A stretch of DNA of 64,000 bases from an uncultured Alphaproteobacteria bacterium. GTDB taxonomy: Bacteria; Pseudomonadota; Alphaproteobacteria; CAAHEQ01; UBA3637. The position numbers and the translations under genes were made by a program. Within the stretch, counting starts at the first letter, position 1; every line of letters begins with the position of its first letter. The stretch covers positions 23,126 to 87,125 of the forward strand of contig CAKPYH010000005.1 of NCBI GenBank assembly GCA_934202735.1, written 5' to 3'. This document shows, in pieces, positions 49,629 through 58,194 of the stretch. Below the pieces are notes generated by a model. The model was given only the letters and a program-made list of their open reading frames with translations. It did not search any database and was not told the origin of the DNA.

Positions 49629-50732
49629 ATGACTCTGGAAGAAACAAATGCTTTATTTTTTTTACGACAGATGGAACTTATCTGCCATGCTCCCGAATTT
49701 ATTCGGCCCGCTTTTCGGTTGGAAACACCGGCTCCGGAACATGCGGGGCTTGTGTGCGGATACGGGGAACAAGCCGCTTTGATCCGGCCGTCAGCCTTGA
49801 AAACATTGCCATCGGAACACAAAACATTACGCCGGGCCAACCTGGATTATATACAAATCAAAGGAATCAATTGGTTTTATAATCTGGACGAATGGCCAAC
49901 GGATTTTTATGCCGATGACGGTTTACACCGGGTCTCATTATCCTTTGGCGCACCGGCGGAAGATGTACAAAGTATTCCCGGAATCGGCCCTGCCGTCAAT
50001 CGGGTGTTGTCGCTTTACTCGGACGAAATTCAACCGACACCGGAACAACTGCAACAGGGCTTTTCCGACTGCATGGCTTTTAGCTACCAAAAGCACCCGC
50101 CCGAAGCGGCCTTGAAAATGGCTATCTTGAACTGTGTAGAAAGCATCAAACGCTATATCAATCCAAACCGCTATCAGAAAACCCCCTATGATGTGGCGGT
50201 GAAAAAGGGGTTGATCGCATCAGACAAGTTATTGAGAAAATACAGGGAGATACGAGATCAGATACGTCATACCCCTGAACAGCAACCCAAGTCCACCCCG
50301 GTATCTGCGACAGTACCGCTCATTCCCGAAGATGTCTATCGTGATTTTCAATGTATTCTCTCCCCTTTAACCGCACGCATAGGGCCCATACGATGGCCCG
50401 ATGAAAATCCGATCCCCTTGTTGATTCGCAACGCGGATTCATGCCATGCTTTATGTTGTATGAAAGACGTACAAAACTTACTGACCCCCTATAAAACTGT
50501 GGTTAAAACAAATAGTAAGCATGCAGGAAAAACCTATGATTGGCCCAAAATTACACGGGACGGTTTGCTCTCTGCCCCGGAAGCGACCGATGCCGAACGA
50601 CAAATCTTAATTTGCAATGCGGTGGCCCATCAGAACAAAGAGGCTCAGCAAGTGGCCCGACACTTGGATGCCGGCCATATTTTCGGGTTGGAAATGCGCC
50701 TACGGTTGAACCAAAGCCGCACACATTCCTAA
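49629..50732 (+). CDS. hypothetical 367-aa protein
   Basis: Long uninterrupted frame with its own promoter. No motif I can assign. Confidence 0.6.
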   Translation: MTLEETNALFFLRQMELICHAPEFIRPAFRLETPAPEHAGLVCGYGEQAALIRPSALKTLPSEHKTLRRANLDYIQIKGINWFYNLDEWPTDFYADDGLHRVSLSFGAPAEDVQSIPGIGPAVNRVLSLYSDEIQPTPEQLQQGFSDCMAFSYQKHPPEAALKMAILNCVESIKRYINPNRYQKTPYDVAVKKGLIASDKLLRKYREIRDQIRHTPEQQPKSTPVSATVPLIPEDVYRDFQCILSPLTARIGPIRWPDENPIPLLIRNADSCHALCCMKDVQNLLTPYKTVVKTNSKHAGKTYDWPKITRDGLLSAPEATDAERQILICNAVAHQNKEAQQVARHLDAGHIFGLEMRLRLNQSRTHS

Positions 50733-50761
50733 CATGCCGGGTATTTTCTCCCCGGTGTGTT

Positions 50762-51688
50762 TTACGGATATATTTTTGTCCGGCACAGTTGACCGTATTT
50801 TTGAGAAAACTGATCAGCGGCTTGTGGACTTGTAATCAAATACTTTTGTATCTCTTCGTAAAATTCCGGGGGAATGTATCCCAATTTGTAATCGGTGATG
50901 AGCCAATCCAACCGATTGAAGAAAAAGTCATTCAGGTAAGATTGAAAACGATGAAATTCCGGTTCACGATGCAAGGTCTTATAGATACAGCAGCAAATTT
51001 TGATTTCGTCCCATAAATGTCGCTTGTCAAAACGGGTTTTGGCGGTAATTGATTGAGTATTATCACGGCGATAATAATATAATCGTTCTCGGACAACTGT
51101 GTATGAATCGGCATAATAACAGACAACAAAATTCCAATAATTATCTTCGTGCAACAACCCTTTGGGAAATCTGATCTTGTGCTGTTTGATCAGGTCCATT
51201 TTGAATAACTTTCCCCAAGCATTCGGCGGACACCTTCCGGGATCAACAGGTTTAACAGGATCATGGATTTTGAATTTAAACCAACTTTCAAATAAGGCAT
51301 TTTCCGCTAAATTCGTCCCGATGGCCAACACATTACAATAACAAAAATCGGCTTTTGATTGTTGCAGTTGCTGGAACAGAATTTCTATATACCGGGGATC
51401 AACATAATCATCGGAATCTACAAAACTAACAAACGCCGAAGAGACATGATCTAATCCGGTATTTCGTGCAGCTGAAAGGCCGGCGTTTTCCTGATTGAAT
51501 ATTAAAATCCGTGAATCGCGGCGCTGCCACCGCTTTAAAATATCGGGTGAAGAATCCGTTGAACCATCATTGACACAAATAATTTCAAGATTTTTATAAG
51601 TTTGGTGCGTTAAAGAATGTAAACATTTGTCCAAGTACCGTCCAACATTATAGACCGGTACAACCACAGAAATTTTAGGGTTGTCCAT
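50762..51688 (-). CDS. family 2 glycosyltransferase
   Basis: ISVVVPVYNVGRYLDKCLHSL..VNDGSTDSS..VDSDDYV (GT-A fold, DxD). AT-rich. Confidence 0.85.
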   Translation of the reverse strand: MDNPKISVVVPVYNVGRYLDKCLHSLTHQTYKNLEIICVNDGSTDSSPDILKRWQRRDSRILIFNQENAGLSAARNTGLDHVSSAFVSFVDSDDYVDPRYIEILFQQLQQSKADFCYCNVLAIGTNLAENALFESWFKFKIHDPVKPVDPGRCPPNAWGKLFKMDLIKQHKIRFPKGLLHEDNYWNFVVCYYADSYTVVRERLYYYRRDNTQSITAKTRFDKRHLWDEIKICCCIYKTLHREPEFHRFQSYLNDFFFNRLDWLITDYKLGYIPPEFYEEIQKYLITSPQAADQFSQKYGQLCRTKIYP

Positions 51689-53783
51689 TTTGAATAGTAT
51701 TCCTTATATTGTTATAAATAATCTCAGAACGAATTTTATTTTTCTTGCGATTATTTCCCAAACAAAAACAATACCTGACGGCTTGTTTGATATAAGAAAT
51801 CATCTCAGGAATAAGTTTCTCGTCAGATTGCCATATTTCTTTTCTTGTCAAAGGACGTGCCGGTTCAGTCAAAACACACTGTGATGATGAAACAGAAGTT
51901 ATCTGCGGCTGAATTTTTTGAACACAATGACACAAAATATATTCATATATCAGACTATCACGCGCATAATTCCACCATAAATTGCTCAGGACATCCGGCA
52001 CATTTAAACTCAACCATGGTTTTTCTGCACCGTTGTAATGAATAATGTAGCCCTTCTGTAAATCCAAGGGACCACACAGTTCTTGATAAGCTTCTCGTTT
52101 ATACTTCCAAGCCGTATAATAAAAATTCCATTTATAATCCAGGTATAGTATCCTATTCTGACCAACAATGTTCAAAATATCCTGATCGGCCAAAGACAAT
52201 TTAGAATTGTATGCCGCCAATGTTTTCATACAGGCTTTGTGCTTATCTTCTTGTTGCCATTGTTTAAGATTGATGAGCAAAACCCCCGCATTGATGTGCC
52301 CCAGCGGATCATACCCCCAAGATAACCGTTCTTGCGCCTCATTTGGCAACAGAATGTCAACCACGCCCGCCAAAAGATTATCTTGTAAGTCAATATCATA
52401 TAATTCGGCAATATCTTTTTTGACGATTAAATCCGAATCCAAATATAAAATTTTATCATATCCGGAAATATATTGGGGGATCAAAAGGCGATAATAGGTT
52501 TCCACTGACAGATGGGATAACATAGAACCGGTGTACTTGTCAAAATGTGATTTTTGGACGTTTGAAGCAATGTCAACACACGTGATACAAATACGTTCAT
52601 TTGTCATACTTTCCAAAATATCCAAATAAAATGCAGAAAGATTTGTATAAAAAACGTATATATCCAACAATCTGTCTTTTCGGACATGTCGGATCAGGCT
52701 CTGTAAAGTAACAATCAATGCGCAACCATAGGAATTATTGGCGGCTAACACAATCGGAATAACCGATTTCTGATGCTTATCATATGCTTCCGGATGTTCA
52801 AAAAAACTTTTGTTTTTTAACATCAAATGGCAAACACGATGATAATGATTATAATAAAAAGAATCCGGCGGCAATTTATCTATACCGTATTTTCTGATAT
52901 AAGATATAACCGTTTGTTCAACAATGTTTCTATCCGGAAACGTCAAATGCGCCAATTCAAAATCAAAAATAGACGATAGGAAATGATTGATAAATGTTTT
53001 TTGCAAGCGATCATATTTTTGAGTTTTTAACAAATAATGATGGACGTTATCATAAGCGACAAAGACATCATTGACATGATCGGACACACAATGATTTTCC
53101 TTTTGCCTGTAATGAATCAGGGGCACACCGATATATGATATTTTTTCAGCCATAGCCATGGCCCCCAACGAGAACAAGCAATCTTCTGCCCGAGTCAAAG
53201 GTGAAAATTGCAGATGATGTTTCATAACAAAGGATCGCCGGTATAATTTATTCCATACCGCTGTTGTATCTAATTGAAACAGTGTATCCGGAAAATCCGC
53301 AGATGAAAAAACGTGTTTCTTTAACATTTTTTCAGAACGCAGTTCCCAATGAACCCCATTATCTTGTTGCCGATGTTCATCAAATTCAAAAAAATCGCAA
53401 AAAACAATATCTGTTTGATATAGCTCCGCTCTATGATAGAGCATATCCAGCATATTCAATTCACAGAAATCATCGGCATCTGCAAAAGCAATGTATGTTC
53501 CGCGTGCTTGCGAAAGCGCAAAATTACGGGCGATACCTGGGCCGCTTTTTTTCTGTTTATAAATATGAATCCGAGGATCTTCTTTGGCAAATTCACGGCA
53601 AATATCCAAACTTTTGTCTGTTGAAGCATCGTCTATGATCAACAGTTCAAAGTCACGAAACGTTTGAGCTAAAATTGCAGAAATGCTTTGCGTTAAATAC
53701 GCTTCAGCATTATAAACCGGCATAATGACAGAGATAGCGGGTATCGGACTTATTTGATCGTGTTTCATGTATTTTCGTACCAT
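51675..53783 (-). CDS. bifunctional glycosyltransferase (N-terminal GT2 domain fused to C-terminal GT8 domain)
   Basis: GT2 part: ISVIMPVYNAEAYL..IIDDASTDKS..ADADDF. GT8 part: IPIVLAANNSYGCAL..ILYLDSDLIV..NAGVLLINL..HYNGAEKPW. 14-nt overlap with the downstream GT2 gene. Confidence 0.85.
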   Translation of the reverse strand: MVRKYMKHDQISPIPAISVIMPVYNAEAYLTQSISAILAQTFRDFELLIIDDASTDKSLDICREFAKEDPRIHIYKQKKSGPGIARNFALSQARGTYIAFADADDFCELNMLDMLYHRAELYQTDIVFCDFFEFDEHRQQDNGVHWELRSEKMLKKHVFSSADFPDTLFQLDTTAVWNKLYRRSFVMKHHLQFSPLTRAEDCLFSLGAMAMAEKISYIGVPLIHYRQKENHCVSDHVNDVFVAYDNVHHYLLKTQKYDRLQKTFINHFLSSIFDFELAHLTFPDRNIVEQTVISYIRKYGIDKLPPDSFYYNHYHRVCHLMLKNKSFFEHPEAYDKHQKSVIPIVLAANNSYGCALIVTLQSLIRHVRKDRLLDIYVFYTNLSAFYLDILESMTNERICITCVDIASNVQKSHFDKYTGSMLSHLSVETYYRLLIPQYISGYDKILYLDSDLIVKKDIAELYDIDLQDNLLAGVVDILLPNEAQERLSWGYDPLGHINAGVLLINLKQWQQEDKHKACMKTLAAYNSKLSLADQDILNIVGQNRILYLDYKWNFYYTAWKYKREAYQELCGPLDLQKGYIIHYNGAEKPWLSLNVPDVLSNLWWNYARDSLIYEYILCHCVQKIQPQITSVSSSQCVLTEPARPLTRKEIWQSDEKLIPEMISYIKQAVRYCFCLGNNRKKNKIRSEIIYNNIRNTIQNGQP

Positions 53784-53930
53784 TTCTTACTCCAAAAATA
53801 TCGTTTTTATACTATAAAAAAATCAAATGGAAAGCAAGTCTTTTCTTATGGGTTCTAAAAAAATAGGTGAAAATGATTTTTTTTCTTGACTATTTGGGAA
53901 AAAACGTGTAAAAGAGTCTTGTTTTCTTGG

Positions 53931-54005
53931 GGTCGGTTGGCAGAATGGCTTATGCAGAGGACTGCAAATCCTTTTATACTGGTTCGATTCCGGTACCGAC
54001 CTCCA
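53931..54005 (+). tRNA. trnC: tRNA-Cys (anticodon GCA)
   Basis: Acceptor GGTCGGT/ACCGACC, anticodon loop CTGCAAA, T-loop TTCGATT, encoded CCA. Confidence 0.92.
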
Positions 54006-54074
54006 AAAAAATACTGTTTATGCAAAAAAAGACTTGATTTTTTCTGATTTTTGGTGTAAACAGGTCATCGTTGT

Positions 54075-54149
54075 TCCAGCGTAGCTCAGTGGTAGAGCAA
54101 TCGGCTGTTAACCGATCGGTCGTAGGTTCGAGCCCTACCGCTGGAGCCA
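54075..54149 (+). tRNA. trnN: tRNA-Asn (anticodon GTT)
   Basis: Acceptor TCCAGCG/CGCTGGA, D-arm AGCTCAGTGGTAGAGC, anticodon loop CTGTTAA, T-loop TTCGAGC, encoded CCA. Confidence 0.95.
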
Positions 54150-54154
54150 TAAAA

Positions 54155-54188
54155 AGAGCCTCCTACCTCCTGAGGCTCTTTTATTTTT
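54155..54188. terminator. bidirectional intrinsic terminator (tRNA-Asn / kinase gene)
   Basis: AGAGCCTC-loop-GAGGCTCT hairpin flanked by an A5 run upstream and TTTTATTTTT downstream. Confidence 0.7.
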
Positions 54189-55140
54189 ACCGATTGTTTT
54201 GTAAGATAAATGATGAAATCTGACGGATCAAATGTCCCGGTCGGACTTGACACAGGTTGCGCACGGCATAACGGGTTACTAACGCCGGGGTAATCACGTT
54301 TTTAATATGGGTCAGCAGGTGCAAATGCCTTTTATCCAAGGTGATTCCGTGACGCCGTTGATAAATATGTCGCAGGAGCGCCAAGTCGTTTCGTGCATAC
54401 AGGTAAGGACGAAATTCCAATGCCGCATCGCCCCGGCTTAGCGAATCAAAATCCAAAACGCCCACTAACTTGCTTCCCGACAAGCATAAGTTGCGGGTAT
54501 GCAAATCGGCATGACACAAACTGTGCGCGCCGGGATTTCCTTTCCCGTAATATAATCGGTGCACCATTCTTTTACACAAGTCTTTAGGGGCATGTTTGAT
54601 ACCTAATTCATAGAAAATCCGATCTACGCCGTAATCCAGAGTATCGGGAACCGACACCGGCAAGGTGGTCGCCTCAATTCGGTGCAACGTGGCAACCACA
54701 TCACTCAATTGTTCAAACACACGGATTTTGAAGGCTTCGCTTTTGTATTTGAAATGGTACGGTTGCAAAACTTCACCTTGAATTTTTTCGTACAAAGCCA
54801 CCGGTATGGTGCGGTGATCCGGCGTTTTGGCGGTTGAAACCAGGGGGCAAGGAATGGGTACGGGCAATTTTGTCCGTAAAATGGGCGTTATAACGGCCGT
54901 TCGCCGCCAATCGGATACCAACGCCTCATTTTTGGGAAACTTGACAATTAAATGTTTATTCACATCATATACGAAGGCGGAAAAACTCACTTTTTTTGTC
55001 AGGGATACAATTTTTTCGGAAATGACTTGGCCGGCCAAATAACTGATAAGCCCCGTATCCTGTGATTCTTTTTGTGTTAAAACCATGATACCACTCGTTT
55101 CTTTACGGGTTAGTATAACATATTTGCCTTTGTTTGTCAA
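54187..55140 (-). CDS. aminoglycoside-phosphotransferase-fold (APH/choline-kinase-like) kinase
   Basis: Catalytic loop LCHADLHTRNL and metal-binding VLDFDS. The overall size fits the PF01636-type phosphotransferase family. Substrate unknown. Confidence 0.75.
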   Translation of the reverse strand: MTNKGKYVILTRKETSGIMVLTQKESQDTGLISYLAGQVISEKIVSLTKKVSFSAFVYDVNKHLIVKFPKNEALVSDWRRTAVITPILRTKLPVPIPCPLVSTAKTPDHRTIPVALYEKIQGEVLQPYHFKYKSEAFKIRVFEQLSDVVATLHRIEATTLPVSVPDTLDYGVDRIFYELGIKHAPKDLCKRMVHRLYYGKGNPGAHSLCHADLHTRNLCLSGSKLVGVLDFDSLSRGDAALEFRPYLYARNDLALLRHIYQRRHGITLDKRHLHLLTHIKNVITPALVTRYAVRNLCQVRPGHLIRQISSFILQNNR

Positions 55141-55352
55141 TGTTTTTCACGGCCGGCCTTTTCCGTCTTAAAATCAGCCTATCATCGCCGGCCCGGTACG
55201 AACATCCGCTTTTTTGCTTTACGTCCGGCTTGGAAATCGGTAGGGCCCCCGTTTGATTATTACATTTCTGACCCTAAACAGGATCCTGTTTGGTTGTTCT
55301 CGGCCCCTGCCGGGGATTCGGGAAAGAGACGACATTATGATGCTGATAAAAA

Positions 55353-56105
55353 CTATGCGTCACGATTTTTGCGCTGTGCACGCGTTAATTTTTGGCGGAT
55401 TTTATGTTCGGGTAAGTCCGTTAATGACAAAAACCAGGCCTCGGTTTTTCCGGCATTTTGTTTTGCCGCTTCCATGGCTCTGCCCAACGTATCCGGATCC
55501 GGCGGAACGACATCATCACCGGGTTGCCAATCGGCCGGTGTAGATACACCAAAAGCATCAGCGGTTTGCAGACTGATTAAGATACGCAGGATTTCGGTAA
55601 AACTGCGACCGGTAGAAGACGGATAATACAGAATTGTCCGAATAACCCCATCCGGATCAATAAAGAACACGGCGCGTATTGTTTTTGTCTCGTTGGCGTT
55701 GGGGTGAATCATACCGTAGCGGCGGGCTATCGTTTGTGATAAATCGGCCACTAGGGGAAAATTTATTTTCACTTTTTTCAGGCCCCGAAAGCGTATTTGC
55801 TCTTGAATAGCATACAACCACGCGATATGACTGGATAAACTGTCTATGGACAGGCCGATTAAAGCCGTATTCAATCGGCGACACACGGTGTCTAATCGTG
55901 AAAACGCAATAAATTCAGTGGTACAAACGGGTGTGAAGTCGGCCGGATGACTGAATAAAATAACCCATTTACCTGTGAAATCATCCGGAAAGTGTATAGC
56001 GCCTTGGGTTGTTTCGGCGGCAAAAGCCGGAGCCATATCCCCAATCAAAGGTAGACGGCGTACCAACGTACCGGTATTGCATACGCATTGTTCGTTTTCT
56101 GCCAT
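55353..56105 (-). CDS. peroxiredoxin (Prx6/1-Cys-like)
   Basis: WVILFSHPADFTPVCTTEF peroxidatic Cys motif and a thioredoxin fold, with a C-terminal basic extension of about 30 aa. Confidence 0.9.
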   Translation of the reverse strand: MAENEQCVCNTGTLVRRLPLIGDMAPAFAAETTQGAIHFPDDFTGKWVILFSHPADFTPVCTTEFIAFSRLDTVCRRLNTALIGLSIDSLSSHIAWLYAIQEQIRFRGLKKVKINFPLVADLSQTIARRYGMIHPNANETKTIRAVFFIDPDGVIRTILYYPSSTGRSFTEILRILISLQTADAFGVSTPADWQPGDDVVPPDPDTLGRAMEAAKQNAGKTEAWFLSLTDLPEHKIRQKLTRAQRKNRDA

Positions 56106-56221
56106 TTTCTGTGTTTCCCCCTTTCATAACACATAGGCTGCCCGGCAATAAAAACAAGACCGACTTTTGATGACTGTAACACCACCGATTCATTTTTTAT
56201 GACAATACGATGACTTTTTTG

Positions 56222-56250
56222 TTGCATTTTTATGACGAATGCGCTATGAT
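56222..56250 (+). promoter_or_regulatory. sigma70-type promoter TTGCAT-17-TATGAT upstream of the fadL-like gene
   Basis: -35 at 56222-56227, 17-nt spacer, -10 at 56245-56250. Confidence 0.55.
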
Positions 56251-56287
56251 GCCTTCTGTTTTTATTATTGATAAGGAGTTTTTTATA

Positions 56288-57556
56288 ATGAAACACATAC
56301 AGAATTATATAGCCGGCTTGGCCGTTGTGGCGTTTGGTTTGCCCGTTTTGGCCGGCGGTTATCAGTTAAACGATTATTCCGTGACAGGCTTGGGACGTGC
56401 CTATGCCGGGCAAGGTATCATGGGTGATGATTATTCGGCCATTGCCTTCAATCCCGCGGGTATGGCGGCGGTGAAACGGTCGGGTATTCAAGCGGGTCTG
56501 ACCATGATCAACATCAAAGCCGATGTGGATAGCCTGGATTCTCGTCATCCCGGTGCACATAAAAAGATGAACTTTTGGGCCCCGATTCCGCAGGTTTTCG
56601 GTCAATATAATGTCAATGATCGTTTGTCTTTGGGGTTGGGTGTGTATGCACCGTTCGGCCTGAAAACGCAATACAAGGCCGATTGGTATGGATCGGATAC
56701 GGCCATCTTGTCCAAGTTGGATATTATTGATATCAATTTGGCGGCCTCGTACAAAGTGACTCCGCAATGGACGGTTGGGGCCGGTGTGATTGCGCGCTAT
56801 ATTTACGGCCACATGACGAACTCGGTACCGACTATGATCGGTGGGGCCCCCTTAGGTGGCGGGACCAGTGATTTTGAACTGGACGGTTGGACAAAGACGG
56901 GGTTGTTCGGTGTGATGTATGAACCGACCGAAAATACACGTTTCGGGTTGTCTTACCGCCTGCGTTCCACACAACAAGTGAAAGGCGATCATAAGGTTAA
57001 AGGCAATTATTATACACCCTTGAACGGTACGTATACGGGGCGGGCATCGCCGGCTTTACCTGAAACGATTACTTTTTCGGCCTATCATCGGTATAAAAAA
57101 GTCGGTTTTTCGGGAACGGCCCGTTGGACGCATTGGAGCCAATCTTTCCCGGAATTTGTGATGAAGTCGGATTCGCCTTTGTTGCGGGCATTGCCGGCTC
57201 CGTCTACACCGGGTGAAAAACGGTCTTTGTATAACTATGGCAACACATGGACCTTGACGGCCGGTTTGGATTATTATTATAATGAAAATTGGACATTCCG
57301 GTGCGGAACGGGTTGGGACGAATCACCCACGCACAGCAATGACACACGGACCATCCGTATTCCGGATAACGATCGTTTCTGGTTGTCCGCCGGGGCCAGT
57401 TATATGCAAAAGAATTGGCAGGTGGATGTCGGTTACGGCCACATGTTCGGTCGTACCGGCAAGGCGTTGGAAACCAGCGATCCTTCCGCTACCAAAGTTA
57501 AATACAAGAATTTGCAATCCTACTTGTTCGGATTACAGGTTCAATACAAGTTTTAA
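56288..57556 (+). CDS. fadL: FadL/TodX-family outer membrane hydrophobic-compound transporter
   Basis: AAGGAG SD. Signal peptide, then GGYQLNDYSVTGLGRAYAGQG (FadL N-terminal hatch motif). Beta-strand periodicity throughout and a terminal ..QVQYKF. Confidence 0.85.
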   Translation: MKHIQNYIAGLAVVAFGLPVLAGGYQLNDYSVTGLGRAYAGQGIMGDDYSAIAFNPAGMAAVKRSGIQAGLTMINIKADVDSLDSRHPGAHKKMNFWAPIPQVFGQYNVNDRLSLGLGVYAPFGLKTQYKADWYGSDTAILSKLDIIDINLAASYKVTPQWTVGAGVIARYIYGHMTNSVPTMIGGAPLGGGTSDFELDGWTKTGLFGVMYEPTENTRFGLSYRLRSTQQVKGDHKVKGNYYTPLNGTYTGRASPALPETITFSAYHRYKKVGFSGTARWTHWSQSFPEFVMKSDSPLLRALPAPSTPGEKRSLYNYGNTWTLTAGLDYYYNENWTFRCGTGWDESPTHSNDTRTIRIPDNDRFWLSAGASYMQKNWQVDVGYGHMFGRTGKALETSDPSATKVKYKNLQSYLFGLQVQYKF

Positions 57557-57563
57557 CATGTTG

Positions 57564-57596
57564 CAAGCCCTGTCCCATCGGCAGGGCTTGTTTTTT
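57564..57596 (+). terminator. intrinsic terminator after fadL
   Basis: Perfect 9-bp stem CAAGCCCTG/CAGGGCTTG followed by TTTTTT. Confidence 0.85.
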
Positions 57597-57617
57597 GCGT
57601 GAAGGATAAAAAAAAGA

Positions 57618-57646
57618 TTGACTTTTGTCTCAAAAGCGGTTATGAT
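57618..57646 (+). promoter_or_regulatory. sigma70-type promoter TTGACT-17-TATGAT upstream of tRNA-Ser
   Basis: -35 at 57618-57623, 17-nt spacer, -10 at 57641-57646, 13 nt before the tRNA. Confidence 0.6.
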
Positions 57647-57659
57647 ACCCCATTATCAC

Positions 57660-57748
57660 GGGGCGTTGGCAGAGTGGTAATGCAGCGGATTGCTAATCCG
57701 TCATCCTCTTAAAGGGATGCAGAGGTTCAAATCCTCTACGCCCCGCCA
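57660..57748 (+). tRNA. trnS: tRNA-Ser (anticodon GCT)
   Basis: Acceptor GGGGCGT/ACGCCCC, anticodon loop TTGCTAA, long variable arm, T-loop TTCAAAT, encoded CCA. Confidence 0.93.
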
Positions 57749-57756
57749 AAGTGAAC

Positions 57757-57785
57757 AAGTCGTCTGACAAGGCGACTTTTTTCTT
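57757..57785 (+). terminator. hairpin plus T-run after tRNA-Ser
   Basis: AAGTCGTC-TGACAA-GGCGACTT (one G-U pair), then TTTTTTCTT. Confidence 0.5.
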
Positions 57786-58138
57786 GTTCAATGGTCGGGG
57801 CGATGATTTATGCGTCAGGAATTGTTGTCATAATCAACAGGTCAAGCCCGTTGATCATACCACATAGTTCTGATACCGTACACCTTGCATTCGTTTATGA
57901 TACACTTTTTGTATCTGATTGTTAAAAGAAAATTTTGCGCAGTCCGATTCGGAATTTTCAGTGAACCGGTGGTTTACGGAAAAAATCGGCCGGAAAGAAT
58001 TTTACAATAAAATGATATCATCCCGTTCCCTTTTGGCTTGCACCCACACCCGAAAAGAGCTCAGGCGAAAGCCGGTACTGTTAGTCTTGTCCAGACACGA
58101 GATTTCACGGGCGGATTAAAATCAATTCCAAAAAGGCT

Positions 58139-58167
58139 TTGACTTTGATGTGAAAAAAAAGTATACT
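58139..58167 (+). promoter_or_regulatory. sigma70-type promoter TTGACT-17-TATACT upstream of the thyX-like gene
   Basis: -35 at 58139-58144, 17-nt spacer, -10 at 58162-58167. Confidence 0.6.
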
Positions 58168-58194
58168 GTATCCGATTCAAACCAAGGAGTTTTT

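Noticed and set aside
57786-58138. About 350 nt of non-coding DNA after tRNA-Ser, checked for an att-type repeat of the tRNA 3' end, integrase remnants, or a folate/ZTP-type riboswitch before the thyX-like gene
   Set aside because: No copy of the tRNA 3' segment and no riboswitch core motif was recognisable by eye. The thyX-like promoter lies downstream of this region, so it is not a leader. The 66-aa TTG-initiated ORF (57919-58119) has no support.
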